From a virus (taxonomy: Duplodnaviria; Heunggongvirae; Uroviricota; Caudoviricetes): a stretch of DNA of 40,622 bases. Under the pieces are notes generated by a model. The model did no database searches and was not told where the DNA came from. It worked only from the letters and a program-made list of their open reading frames with translations. Below are positions 1-7,606 of the stretch, piece after piece. A program made the translations under genes and the position numbers. The stretch is taken from the IMG/VR virus record IMGVR_UViG_2534682002_000024; one strand, given 5' to 3'. Positions within the stretch are counted from its first letter, which is position 1. Each line of letters starts with the position of its first letter.

Positions 1-1251
1 CTACGCTAAACCAATAAAGAACCCGGCAATGGTGGCACTCATCAGGTTAGAAAGTGTCGCCGCCGCCAGCGCGCGTAAACCAAGCTGGGCGATTTCCGGC
101 GCACGGTGTGGCGCAACCGCAGAAAACGCCCCCACCACCACCCCGATAGAACCAAAGTTAGCGAAACCGCACAACGCGAAGGAAATAATCGCCACGGTTT
201 TAGCATCCAGAGTGCCAGCCGTTTGCAGATAGGGTGAGAAATTGAGATAAGCGACAAATTCATTTATTGCCAGTTTCTGTCCAATCAAACTCCCGGCAAG
301 ATTCGCATCACTCCAGTCAACACCCATTACCCACGCCAGTGGGGCCAGCAGATAACCTACAATGGACTCCAGCGAGGCATGTTCAAAACCAAACCAGCCG
401 CCAACGCCGCCGATAATACCGTTAATTAACGCAATGATGGCGACGAATGCCATCACTACTGTCGCCACACCTGCGGCGATTTTCAGCCCGGTCATTGCCC
501 CTGTCGCGGCGGCTTCAATAATGCTTTTTGGCGGTGTTTCGGTGAAAGAGAGGTTATTAAAAGAAACCTGCGAAGATTCCGTAGCCGGGCTTAGCAGGCG
601 GGCAAACAAGATCCCCCCGGGGATCGCCATTAACGATGCCGCCAGCAAATATTCCACAGGCACGCCCAGTGCGGCATAACCAATCATTGTCGAACCAGCA
701 ATCGAGGCCATGCCGCTACAAATCGCTGTAAATAATTCATTGCGATTCAGCCGATCGATAAAGGGCTTCACAATCGCCGGAATTTCGTTTTGCCCGAGGA
801 AAATGGTAGTGACCGCGACGAATGACTCAATCTTGCTGATATTTAATGCTTTCTGGAATATACCGCCGAGAATGCGAATTAAAATCCCCATCACACCGAT
901 GTAGTAGAGAATACTCACCAGTGCAGTGACGAAGATAATTGCCGGTAATACCCTGAAACCAAAGATAAATCCTGCGCCATCAAATAAGGTGTCCATTTTC
1001 GGTCCGACCAGAGAACCGAAGATAAATGCGCTACCCGCGTCGCTGTACGCCATCACTTTATGCACACCAAAAGCGACTTTTTCAGCGACCCAACGCCCTG
1101 GCGGTAACCAAAGCATAATGCCGCCAATCACGACCTGTAACACTAACGCCGCGCCAACGGTACGCAGGCTGATCTTCTTCTTGTTTACTGACAGTAAAAA
1201 CGCAATCGTCAGCAATACCACCATTCCCAGAACACTTCTCATGACATCCAT
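1..1251 (-). CDS. NupC-family concentrative nucleoside transporter (host gene, 3' end runs off window start)
   Basis: 416-aa multi-pass membrane ORF whose N-terminus MDVMRSVLGMVVLL and overall profile match enterobacterial CNT transporters (NupX/PsuT type); recognised from memory, paralog not resolved. Confidence 0.85.
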   Translation of the reverse strand: MDVMRSVLGMVVLLTIAFLLSVNKKKISLRTVGAALVLQVVIGGIMLWLPPGRWVAEKVAFGVHKVMAYSDAGSAFIFGSLVGPKMDTLFDGAGFIFGFRVLPAIIFVTALVSILYYIGVMGILIRILGGIFQKALNISKIESFVAVTTIFLGQNEIPAIVKPFIDRLNRNELFTAICSGMASIAGSTMIGYAALGVPVEYLLAASLMAIPGGILFARLLSPATESSQVSFNNLSFTETPPKSIIEAAATGAMTGLKIAAGVATVVMAFVAIIALINGIIGGVGGWFGFEHASLESIVGYLLAPLAWVMGVDWSDANLAGSLIGQKLAINEFVAYLNFSPYLQTAGTLDAKTVAIISFALCGFANFGSIGVVVGAFSAVAPHRAPEIAQLGLRALAAATLSNLMSATIAGFFIGLA

Positions 1252-1350
1252 AGTGATTATCTCTTCATGTCATATTGGGCGACGGCTTTCTGCCCATCAG
1301 AAATAGCCAGGCCTGCATCTTGCGATACCGGCCCGGCTTGTTATCAACAC

Positions 1351-1565
1351 TTAATGGGTTTTGATGTAGCCGCGCACGCACTCTTCGACTAAGCCCCAGA
1401 ACCAGTCGCTATCAATAGTGATGCCGACTTTGGTATTAGCGGGCTTGCCAAGAACGCCCAGCTCGTCGCAGACGGTACGCCCATAACAAGGGCCACTGTT
1501 GACGTCCACTTCGACGTACATCTCCTGGGTTTTAATGCCATCAGGGTATAGCGCGGCGATTTTTT
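1351..1565 (-). pseudogene. 3' remnant of a host gene truncated by the prophage; C-terminal pattern resembles nucleoside hydrolase family
   Basis: Track ORF 1351..1581 starts with an ATG that falls inside the putative phage end repeats. The tail (PDG...YVEVDV...GRTVCD...[12 protein letters not shown]) resembles IU-nucleoside hydrolase C-termini and sits beside a nucleoside transporter. Family assignment is from memory only. Confidence 0.4.
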
Positions 1566-1640
1566 TGATACCGATTTGCATTTCATTTGATACTGCTGAA
1601 AAACGCCGATACGCAACTTATTTGATACTAAATCGGCGCT
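1564..1640 (+). repeat. Prophage right-end region with three direct TTTGATAC repeats (candidate MuA-type transposase binding sites)
   Basis: TTTGATAC occurs at 1564, 1586 and 1621. The first two are 22 bp apart, matching the periodicity of Mu end-binding sites, and a TG dinucleotide lies at 1566-1567. This is about 100 bp beyond the mom-like stop, as in Mu. Confidence 0.5.
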
Positions 1641-1674
1641 TTTCTTTTGAGTTTTAGAATGAGTTTTTAAGCGC

Positions 1675-2412
1675 TCATTCACTCTCTTTCAAACCAGTTT
1701 TAACTGTTTGTGGTTTTGGGTAAGGCTGGACTTTGAATAGCTTTGTGTTGAGGCGTTTTTTGGCCCTCTTGTTCAGAAACCGGATGTAACGAAACTGTCG
1801 GAACTTATGAACATTGGCTCTGTCAATATTAGCCCTCAGATGTTCACCTCGTTGTCCGCCTCGTTTAATGGCATTCCTGCAAATCTCGTGATACCACTCG
1901 CCATCAAGTTCATAGAATATTGATTCATGGCTGCCTACATAATCAAAATTGCTTGCCTGATACACGACACCAAGACAGCCACAACGCTCATCTGCAAACG
2001 ACTGAACCCACTGTACCTGCGGATAAAGCTGCCTGATTAGCTTGAGCGCGTAACTGATTGCCCTTGATTCGGAGTTTCTCGGCATACAGTCATGCAGCCA
2101 TAGCCGGTTAAGCTCCATATATTCTCGGTTCTGCGTACCCGTTACGACGCGTGCACCACTGTTTGGGTTAAGGGCGTAACCCCATTGCATTACGCCAACA
2201 AGTTCCCGTTCTGAAAATATGCCCAGATGAAGGTAGGAGTTATTTACGAAACGGTGGCTGTAATGTTTATTGACGATGACCAGTCTGGCCAGCCAGCAAC
2301 TTATTGTCTCAACCCGCAACTCACGGGAGCCATAACCAACGATATTGTCGTTATAGCGAATAAGTTCAGGCGTGCTGATGATTCGGGATGTGACTTGCTT
2401 TCTGTTCCCCAC
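1675..2412 (-). CDS. mom: Mom-like DNA modification protein (acyltransferase-like)
   Basis: 245-aa ORF that is the last gene before the prophage end and overlaps the 3' end of a Com-like zinc-finger gene, which is the com-mom arrangement of Mu. Size is near Mu Mom (about 231 aa). Identity rests on context, not sequence recall. Confidence 0.6.
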   Translation of the reverse strand: MGNRKQVTSRIISTPELIRYNDNIVGYGSRELRVETISCWLARLVIVNKHYSHRFVNNSYLHLGIFSERELVGVMQWGYALNPNSGARVVTGTQNREYMELNRLWLHDCMPRNSESRAISYALKLIRQLYPQVQWVQSFADERCGCLGVVYQASNFDYVGSHESIFYELDGEWYHEICRNAIKRGGQRGEHLRANIDRANVHKFRQFRYIRFLNKRAKKRLNTKLFKVQPYPKPQTVKTGLKESE

Positions 2413-2566
2413 GACAGGATTTCCTTGTGTATGTGGGGTGCTCTGTGGCGCTCGGAGATGTGATTTGATTGAGGGTTTTACAGCGCGGACATTTTACTTC
2501 CAGATAACTGAAACTGGCCCGTGCCAGTAGCTTATTGCAGTGTCGGCACCGTATGTTTCGATACAT
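2366..2566 (-). CDS. com: Com-like zinc-finger translational activator
   Basis: [14 protein letters not shown]...VKCPRCK has the CxxC...CxxC spacing and residues of Mu Com (IRC.NCNKLL...CPRCK). An AGGAGG Shine-Dalgarno lies 10 nt upstream of the ATG at 2566. The track ORF begins at an upstream ATG (2611) that I consider less likely. Confidence 0.7.
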   Translation of the reverse strand: MYRNIRCRHCNKLLARASFSYLEVKCPRCKTLNQITSPSATEHPTYTRKSCRGEQKASHIPNHQHA

Positions 2567-2599
2567 GGCCGCATAACCTCCTGCTTTGTTGTTGATGCC

Positions 2600-2790
2600 T
2601 TTCTCATGCAATCGATCGACAAAAACGATCGATTCGATTTGTTTAATTGATACAACAAATAGATTGAAAAGTCATCAACAATGATTCAGGTAGGTGATTA
2701 TTTACTTAAAGAAAACGAAGAGTTAGGTGGTGAAAACGATCATAAAATGATCATTTTATTGACTTTTTATATAGTGAAGGTAGGATCGCG
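2600..2790 (-). promoter_or_regulatory. GATC-rich candidate Dam/OxyR-regulated mom promoter region
   Basis: Five GATC sites (2614, 2627, 2738, 2749, 2784) within about 175 bp upstream of com in AT-rich DNA. Mu Pmom is controlled through clustered Dam sites. Confidence 0.4.
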
Positions 2791-2979
2791 CGTATATGTA
2801 GTATGTTTCAAATCAATGGGATACTACATACATAAAGAGCGACCCAGATAGCGCGAACTATTCTGGGCCGATTTAGACAATTTTGCATCAATGCTTTACT
2901 TCGAGCTCGTGGCGTATCCTATGATATTCCCCAGTCTCCTGTAAAGCAGAGATGCATAAAAAGGAGATCTTTATCATGG

Positions 2980-3147
2980 ATGAAAGAGCCTGTTTGCCCT
3001 GCCTGTAAGACTCCCTTACAGCTCATCTATCGCCGTTCTCGATCTCAAAATGGCAAGACATACAAACCAAAAAATGCTTCCTGTTTCAGGATGCTGATAT
3101 GTCCTGCCTGTTCTCCCCGGAGGGAAAATACACAAAACGTGCATTAA
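2980..3147 (+). CDS. Unlisted 55-aa double-CPAC zinc-ribbon ORF (MKEPVCPACKTPLQLIYRRSRSQNGKTYKPKNASCFRMLICPACSPRRENTQNVH)
   Basis: Found by manual translation; below the ORF track size cutoff. AGGAG at 2962-2966 precedes it. Two CPAC motifs plus a third Cys suggest a zinc ribbon. It is divergent from com-mom in an otherwise non-coding gap of about 570 bp. Confidence 0.3.
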   Translation: MKEPVCPACKTPLQLIYRRSRSQNGKTYKPKNASCFRMLICPACSPRRENTQNVH

Positions 3148-3185
3148 CAAATTCACCCGGCAGGGAAACCTGCCGGTCGGTATTG

Positions 3186-3431
3186 TTACATCATAGTACC
3201 GTCAGTTCCGGGCTGAACCGGCTCTGGTTGCTCTACGGGTTGAGGCTCATTTTCCGTGCTGTTTTCAGCCGGAGAACGGCCAACCATTCGGGCCAGCACT
3301 TCATCAACATATGCGTCGATTTGTGCCTCAAAATCCTTGCGAACCTGCGCCTTCAGCACGCGGTTCACTTCTTCAGAATAAAGTGCCTGTTTGACAAGCT
3401 CTTCAGTAACCGTGCCTTTAATCTCTGGCAT
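3186..3431 (-). CDS. Hypothetical 81-aa protein with helical N-terminus and acidic proline-rich tail
   Basis: ORF with AAGGAG-like RBS upstream (caaaaggagaatattc-ATG). No recognisable family. Confidence 0.5.
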   Translation of the reverse strand: MPEIKGTVTEELVKQALYSEEVNRVLKAQVRKDFEAQIDAYVDEVLARMVGRSPAENSTENEPQPVEQPEPVQPGTDGTMM

Positions 3432-3466
3432 GAATATTCTCCTTTTGCAGGTATATTGCCCCGTTA

Positions 3467-3649
3467 TCAGAGCGGGGTCGGGTCGTTTGGGGATGACGGT
3501 GCCTGTGCTGTTTTACTGAGTTTTTCAGCTGCCGCATCATCAATTTTACGGCGAATATAATTTCTGATGACCTTATAACCGCCGCTCACCAGATATAACG
3601 CACTGACCACTGCGCAGAAATAAAGCAGCATTGTATGAACGAATGTCAT
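3467..3649 (-). CDS. Hypothetical 60-aa small membrane protein (one N-terminal TM helix, basic C-terminus)
   Basis: Hydrophobic stretch MLLYFCAVVSALYLVSGGY followed by a charged tail. A GC hairpin (CCCCGttatcagaGCGGGG, about 3453-3470) separates it from the next gene. Confidence 0.45.
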   Translation of the reverse strand: MTFVHTMLLYFCAVVSALYLVSGGYKVIRNYIRRKIDDAAAEKLSKTAQAPSSPNDPTPL

Positions 3650-3795
3650 ATAACCTTACCTTTGATATTGACTACATAATTCGTTATCGGGTAAAAACAT
3701 CGAAGCGACTGATAACTACTCCTTCGGTAGTATTTTTATTTTCCTTTATGGGTTAGGTAGCTCCCGCCAGCCGTATCATGACCGGCGGGATTTTT

Positions 3796-5835
3796 TTATT
3801 CTGTTACCGCTTTTTTCACTTCCACCACAATGCTGTCAATCAGCACCGGGTAAGTTGCATTTTTGGTGATATCCGTTACGCGGAGTTTGTCCACCGGGAA
3901 AGTTCCTACTGGTGACTGCGTCAGGGTAAACGCGGCACCATCCTGACCATCAATAACCGGAATAACCTGAAGGCTGTTATTTCCTGCAAAACGGAAGGCC
4001 AGCGTATGCCATTCATTATCAAATGCACCAAAGGTTCCCAGTTTCTGGTTATTTGTTGCCACTTTTGCATTGTGGTACATCACATTCAGGTCTTTTGCGT
4101 CTGTCTGGATGTAGAACGATGCCAGCAGATTATTCCCTGCATCCCCTGTCAGGGTGACACCCTGCGGCAGAGAGGAAACCGGCCAGTAAAGCGCCATGAC
4201 ATACTGGTTTGCCACCAGGTCGCCAGGTACTTTAAAACGACAACTGATTAAACCACCATTTTTCAGCAGTTCAGCACCAGTACCGGCATCATGATCCAGA
4301 TACCAGGATGATTTACCTGTTTCCTTGGTCAGTTTCATTGCCTTACCACCTGTGCCTCCTGCATCACTGATAATTTCAGCTTTACCGCCAGCCGGCTCCC
4401 AGCCCTGGGCTTTCAGATTTCCTTCTGACTCACTGACACGGTAAGACAGCAGTGTTGTGGTTACTGCTTCAGTTTCTGAAGGTGACGGCACTGGTGCTTC
4501 AGTTTCAGAAGATGGAACATCGGCTTTTACTGTGGTTCGCCCTGCATGAGTCAGAACAGCCGTGGCCAGACGGTCAGAAATAATACCCCGGCGCGCCCAG
4601 GCACTGAAATGGCTGGCCCGGTCCGCAGATGTCCAGGTAGCGGCACTGTTACGCCACGTTGAGCCGTAATAACCAATGGATTCAATATCCGGGTCTTCTG
4701 CCGGATTGTTGGTGGGTACATTCACGCCATTTTCATCTGTCATTAATGGAACGAAATGAATGTTTTTATCTGTTTTGTTTTTGTAGCCGCCATAGATTGC
4801 CTGGTATGCTGGTTCATTTTTCTGTTTCCAGAAATACGTGGTATCGCCACAAATCCACGGAACGCCAGCAGCACTGCCACCGGTACACTGTTCCGCCTGT
4901 TCAGCCAGGTCTGCGCGGAATTTTTCCACCATCGCCAGAAACAGCGCAGAATGCTCCGTCGGCTTCGCATCAATATCAAACTCGCCCTGCATCCACACCA
5001 CAGCAAGCAGGCGGTTTTTCGGGTTCTTCGCCAGTGCCGCTTTTGTCCGGCTGATTAAGTCCTTATACAGCGGCTTATCCACACCCCAGCGGGCTGAGTC
5101 CTCTGAAGCACCCGTGCTGTCACTGTACGTGCCGTCAGCACCCGCCGTGAATGCAGAACCACCACGGCAGCAGGGAACCAGCAGAATCCCCGCATCTGCC
5201 GGAATAAACGGCAGCAGTTTTTTGGCAATGTGAAGCCCCTGACCCACGGTGCCATATTGCCCTTTAGCCACATCCGCTTTCGGGTGATTTTTTCCACTCA
5301 TATCCTGCACATCATGCAGACAGTGGTCGGCCAGAATGATGTCGTTATACTGACAGGCTTTACCTCCCGGCGTGACTGTACTGCGACGGGCTAACTGCAT
5401 AATACGCGGTTCGGGGCGGTCATATGTCTCCGGCAGTGGCAGACCTTCACCGTAAGCCATACCGTTTGACTGACCAGCAAGAACCACCACGTAATACCAG
5501 GAAGGGGAGCTGGAAGCAGTTTCATTTCCTGACGGACGGGTATGTGTTTCAGCATTATCCCAGTCTGACGGTTCAGCAGTACCGGCAACATCAGCACTTA
5601 ACGGAATGACCGCACCAATACCCGCTCCGGTAATTTCCACACTCGGATCACCGGATACTGGCCTTACCCACAGGCAATCCCGTGTATTAAAACTGATGAG
5701 ACAGTCAGCAAATGTCATTCCTCCTTTTGTTTCGGCCGGAGGAAAGGGAGCCTCAAGAAATGCCGCTGTACCACCGGAAACTTTAACAGTAAAGTTTCCG
5801 GGCATTGATGATAGTTGAACCCATTTGGACGTCAT
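3796..5835 (-). CDS. 679-aa SGNH/SASA-type carbohydrate esterase with lectin-like beta-sandwich C-terminal domain (cargo gene)
   Basis: VVVLAGQSNGMAYGEG carries the GQSN motif typical of sialate O-acetylesterase-like (SASA/DUF303) SGNH hydrolases. No N-terminal signal peptide. An S/T/P-rich linker precedes a C-terminal region that looks like a concanavalin/laminin-G type domain. It occupies the gin to com-mom interval. Confidence 0.6.
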   Translation of the reverse strand: MTSKWVQLSSMPGNFTVKVSGGTAAFLEAPFPPAETKGGMTFADCLISFNTRDCLWVRPVSGDPSVEITGAGIGAVIPLSADVAGTAEPSDWDNAETHTRPSGNETASSSPSWYYVVVLAGQSNGMAYGEGLPLPETYDRPEPRIMQLARRSTVTPGGKACQYNDIILADHCLHDVQDMSGKNHPKADVAKGQYGTVGQGLHIAKKLLPFIPADAGILLVPCCRGGSAFTAGADGTYSDSTGASEDSARWGVDKPLYKDLISRTKAALAKNPKNRLLAVVWMQGEFDIDAKPTEHSALFLAMVEKFRADLAEQAEQCTGGSAAGVPWICGDTTYFWKQKNEPAYQAIYGGYKNKTDKNIHFVPLMTDENGVNVPTNNPAEDPDIESIGYYGSTWRNSAATWTSADRASHFSAWARRGIISDRLATAVLTHAGRTTVKADVPSSETEAPVPSPSETEAVTTTLLSYRVSESEGNLKAQGWEPAGGKAEIISDAGGTGGKAMKLTKETGKSSWYLDHDAGTGAELLKNGGLISCRFKVPGDLVANQYVMALYWPVSSLPQGVTLTGDAGNNLLASFYIQTDAKDLNVMYHNAKVATNNQKLGTFGAFDNEWHTLAFRFAGNNSLQVIPVIDGQDGAAFTLTQSPVGTFPVDKLRVTDITKNATYPVLIDSIVVEVKKAVTE

Positions 5836-5934
5836 AATAATCAGCCTGTTCCTGAATAAACTGAATTATCATATCCACAGACCGATAAACGCCATTTTGC
5901 GTTAATTCAGTAAAGGCCCAACAAAGAGAGCGTC

Positions 5935-6495
5935 TTATTTTTCCGAAACGCTCGCAGGATAATAACGATAAAGGGTTGAAAGACCGATATCAAAAATAAG
6001 TGCCACCTGTCTTCGACTGACACCCCCGGCCAGTAAACGCCCGACCTGCTCGTATTGTTCCTGCGTGAGACGGCGGGGTCTGCCGCCGGTTCGTCCCCTT
6101 TCACGGGCAGCTGCAAGACCAGCCCGTGTCCGTTCGACAATTAATTCACGCTCCATTTCTGCCAGCGCACCCATTATGTGAAAAAAGAAGCGCCCCATGG
6201 GGGTTGACGTATCAATGTTGTCAGTAAGACTACGAAAATTTATCCCCTGTTGCTGTAATTCATCTGTCAGCGCAACAAGGTGGCGCATACTGCGCCCCAG
6301 CCTGTCCAGTTTCCAGACCATCAGCGTGTCACCGGGTTTTAGTTTCTTCAGTGCCCGCTTCAGTCCCGGCCGCTGTGTCGTTTTACCACTCATTTTGTCT
6401 TCAAAAATCTGCTCACATCCTGCACATTCCAGCGCATTTCTTTGTAAACCGGTGTTCTGGTCATTTGTTGATACGCGTATATAGCCAATCAGCAT
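5935..6495 (-). CDS. gin: Gin/Pin/Hin-family serine DNA invertase
   Basis: MLIGYIRVSTNDQNTGLQRNALECAGCEQIFEDK...WKLDRLGRSMRHL is nearly identical in pattern to Gin/Pin. 186 aa. Transcribed away from the adjacent invertible segment. Confidence 0.9.
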   Translation of the reverse strand: MLIGYIRVSTNDQNTGLQRNALECAGCEQIFEDKMSGKTTQRPGLKRALKKLKPGDTLMVWKLDRLGRSMRHLVALTDELQQQGINFRSLTDNIDTSTPMGRFFFHIMGALAEMERELIVERTRAGLAAARERGRTGGRPRRLTQEQYEQVGRLLAGGVSRRQVALIFDIGLSTLYRYYPASVSEK

Positions 6496-6552
6496 GTATT
6501 TACCTTCCTTAAAAAGAGGTGGAAAAGCCTTTTAAAGTAGATATACGGCATC

Positions 6553-6578
6553 CCTGAAACCTCGGTTTACGGGATACG
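6553..6578. repeat. gix-like crossover site (gin-proximal)
   Basis: GAAACCTCGGTTTACGGGA resembles the Mu gix core (AAACCGAGGTTT) and is an inverted copy of the site at 7976-8001; 16 nt are identical. Confidence 0.7.
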
Positions 6579-6929
6579 GTAAACAGGGCCGCGAATGCCC
6601 TGCCATCAAACGGTACGGCTGTTGCAGCAAGCAGGCTGGCAAATGCCCGCAGAATCAATGGTGTCGCCTTTGACGGCACGCAGGATATAAACATTACGTC
6701 AGGAATGCCGGAATCAACGGCCAATCAGCGTTATGTTACAGGGGTAAGACTGGGAGCGCAGGCATTAAGCGGCGGACTGGAATATAATTACTCCCTGTCA
6801 TCAGGAAATGTGATTACCGGTTTTAAGACTGACGGAGACTGGGAAATGCGTGGTGGTGATGACCGTGTTTATTACAGACAGATACAATATTGTATTAATG
6901 GGCATTGGGTATCCGCTGCAAGTATTTAA
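6558..6929 (+). CDS. Silent alternative tail-fiber C-terminal cassette (S'v-like), no start codon of its own
   Basis: The frame opens directly at the gix site and reads NLGLRDTVNRAANALP...INITSGMPESTANQRY..., closely parallel to S residues NLGLRETVNKAADALP...INITSGMTQSTADGRY..., then diverges at the tip. The track lists only the ATG-started 3' part (6705..6929). Confidence 0.7.
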   Translation, partial: NLGLRDTVNRAANALPSNGTAVAASRLANARRINGVAFDGTQDINITSGMPESTANQRYVTGVRLGAQALSGGLEYNYSLSSGNVITGFKTDGDWEMRGGDDRVYYRQIQYCINGHWVSAASI

Positions 6930-7050
6930 TTAACGGGGGCATAGCACACAGCAGCCAGCATCTGAAATATGCGTTATTTCAGACAAGCATTGCCTGTATA
7001 TGGCGATAGTATTATTCCTGTTTTTATCATTGATTTACATGGTGATGTTT

Positions 7051-7572
7051 ATGCAACTGATTAATGTCAAACGATATTACCCGAAAGACAAACCCTATGG
7101 TGAGGATGTTCAGTATTTCCAGAGTGAGGACGGAAGGGATTTTTATGAATCTATCCCGCTTTTTACAAAGAAATACAAACTCTGTATTTCGCCTGTAACG
7201 GGTATTATCTGCTCTGTTGCTGAAGATGTCTCTGCTTTATATCCGGCAGGTTTTACTGTTGTTGAAGTGGACGAACTGCCGGAAGGTGTGAATATTGACG
7301 GTAACTGGCAGTTTTCTGATGGCCTGATATCAAAGGTGCCGGTAAACTGGAAGACGGTTGCTGAAAAGCGTCGCTCATCGCTGCTCCAGGAAGCCAACGA
7401 AACCGTGGATGACTGGAAAACAGAATTAAAACTGGACATGATTAGCGATGAAAATAAATTACAGCTGACGCGCTGGATGGCGTATATCCGACAGCTTAAA
7501 GAAATGCACTTTAATGATATTGCCAGTGAGGGGCATTACCAGGCGATTCCCTGGCCGGAAAAACCGGAATAA
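7051..7572 (+). CDS. Tail fiber assembly protein (Tfa/U-type chaperone)
   Basis: C-terminus ...TRWMAYIRQLKEMHFNDIASEGHYQAIPWPEKPE matches the conserved Tfa C-terminal pattern. Start placed at ATG 7051 (MQLINVKRYY) rather than the track start at 7000. Confidence 0.75.
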   Translation: MQLINVKRYYPKDKPYGEDVQYFQSEDGRDFYESIPLFTKKYKLCISPVTGIICSVAEDVSALYPAGFTVVEVDELPEGVNIDGNWQFSDGLISKVPVNWKTVAEKRRSSLLQEANETVDDWKTELKLDMISDENKLQLTRWMAYIRQLKEMHFNDIASEGHYQAIPWPEKPE

Positions 7573-7606
7573 TTCAGAGGGTGCATTCAGCACCCTTTTC
7601 TGTGGT

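Noticed and set aside
1389-1682. 97-aa minus-strand ORF spanning the prophage-host junction
   Set aside because: It crosses the putative phage end and overlaps the host remnant in another frame; not plausible as a gene.
3099-3560. 153-aa plus-strand ORF
   Set aside because: It overlaps two minus-strand genes and the intergenic hairpin, has no RBS and a low-complexity sequence. Judged a frame artefact, unlike the upstream 55-aa zinc-ribbon ORF.
3750-3795. GC hairpin followed by a T-run on the plus strand after the esterase stop
   Set aside because: The T-run is on the plus strand, where no gene is upstream; on the minus strand the hairpin lacks a U-tract. Terminator function is uncertain, so it is not reported as a feature.
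7143-7439. 98-aa minus-strand ORF inside the tail fiber assembly gene (considered as a second chaperone)
   Set aside because: It lacks any Tfa-like C-terminal motif, is Ser/Thr-rich and has no start context; antisense artefact.
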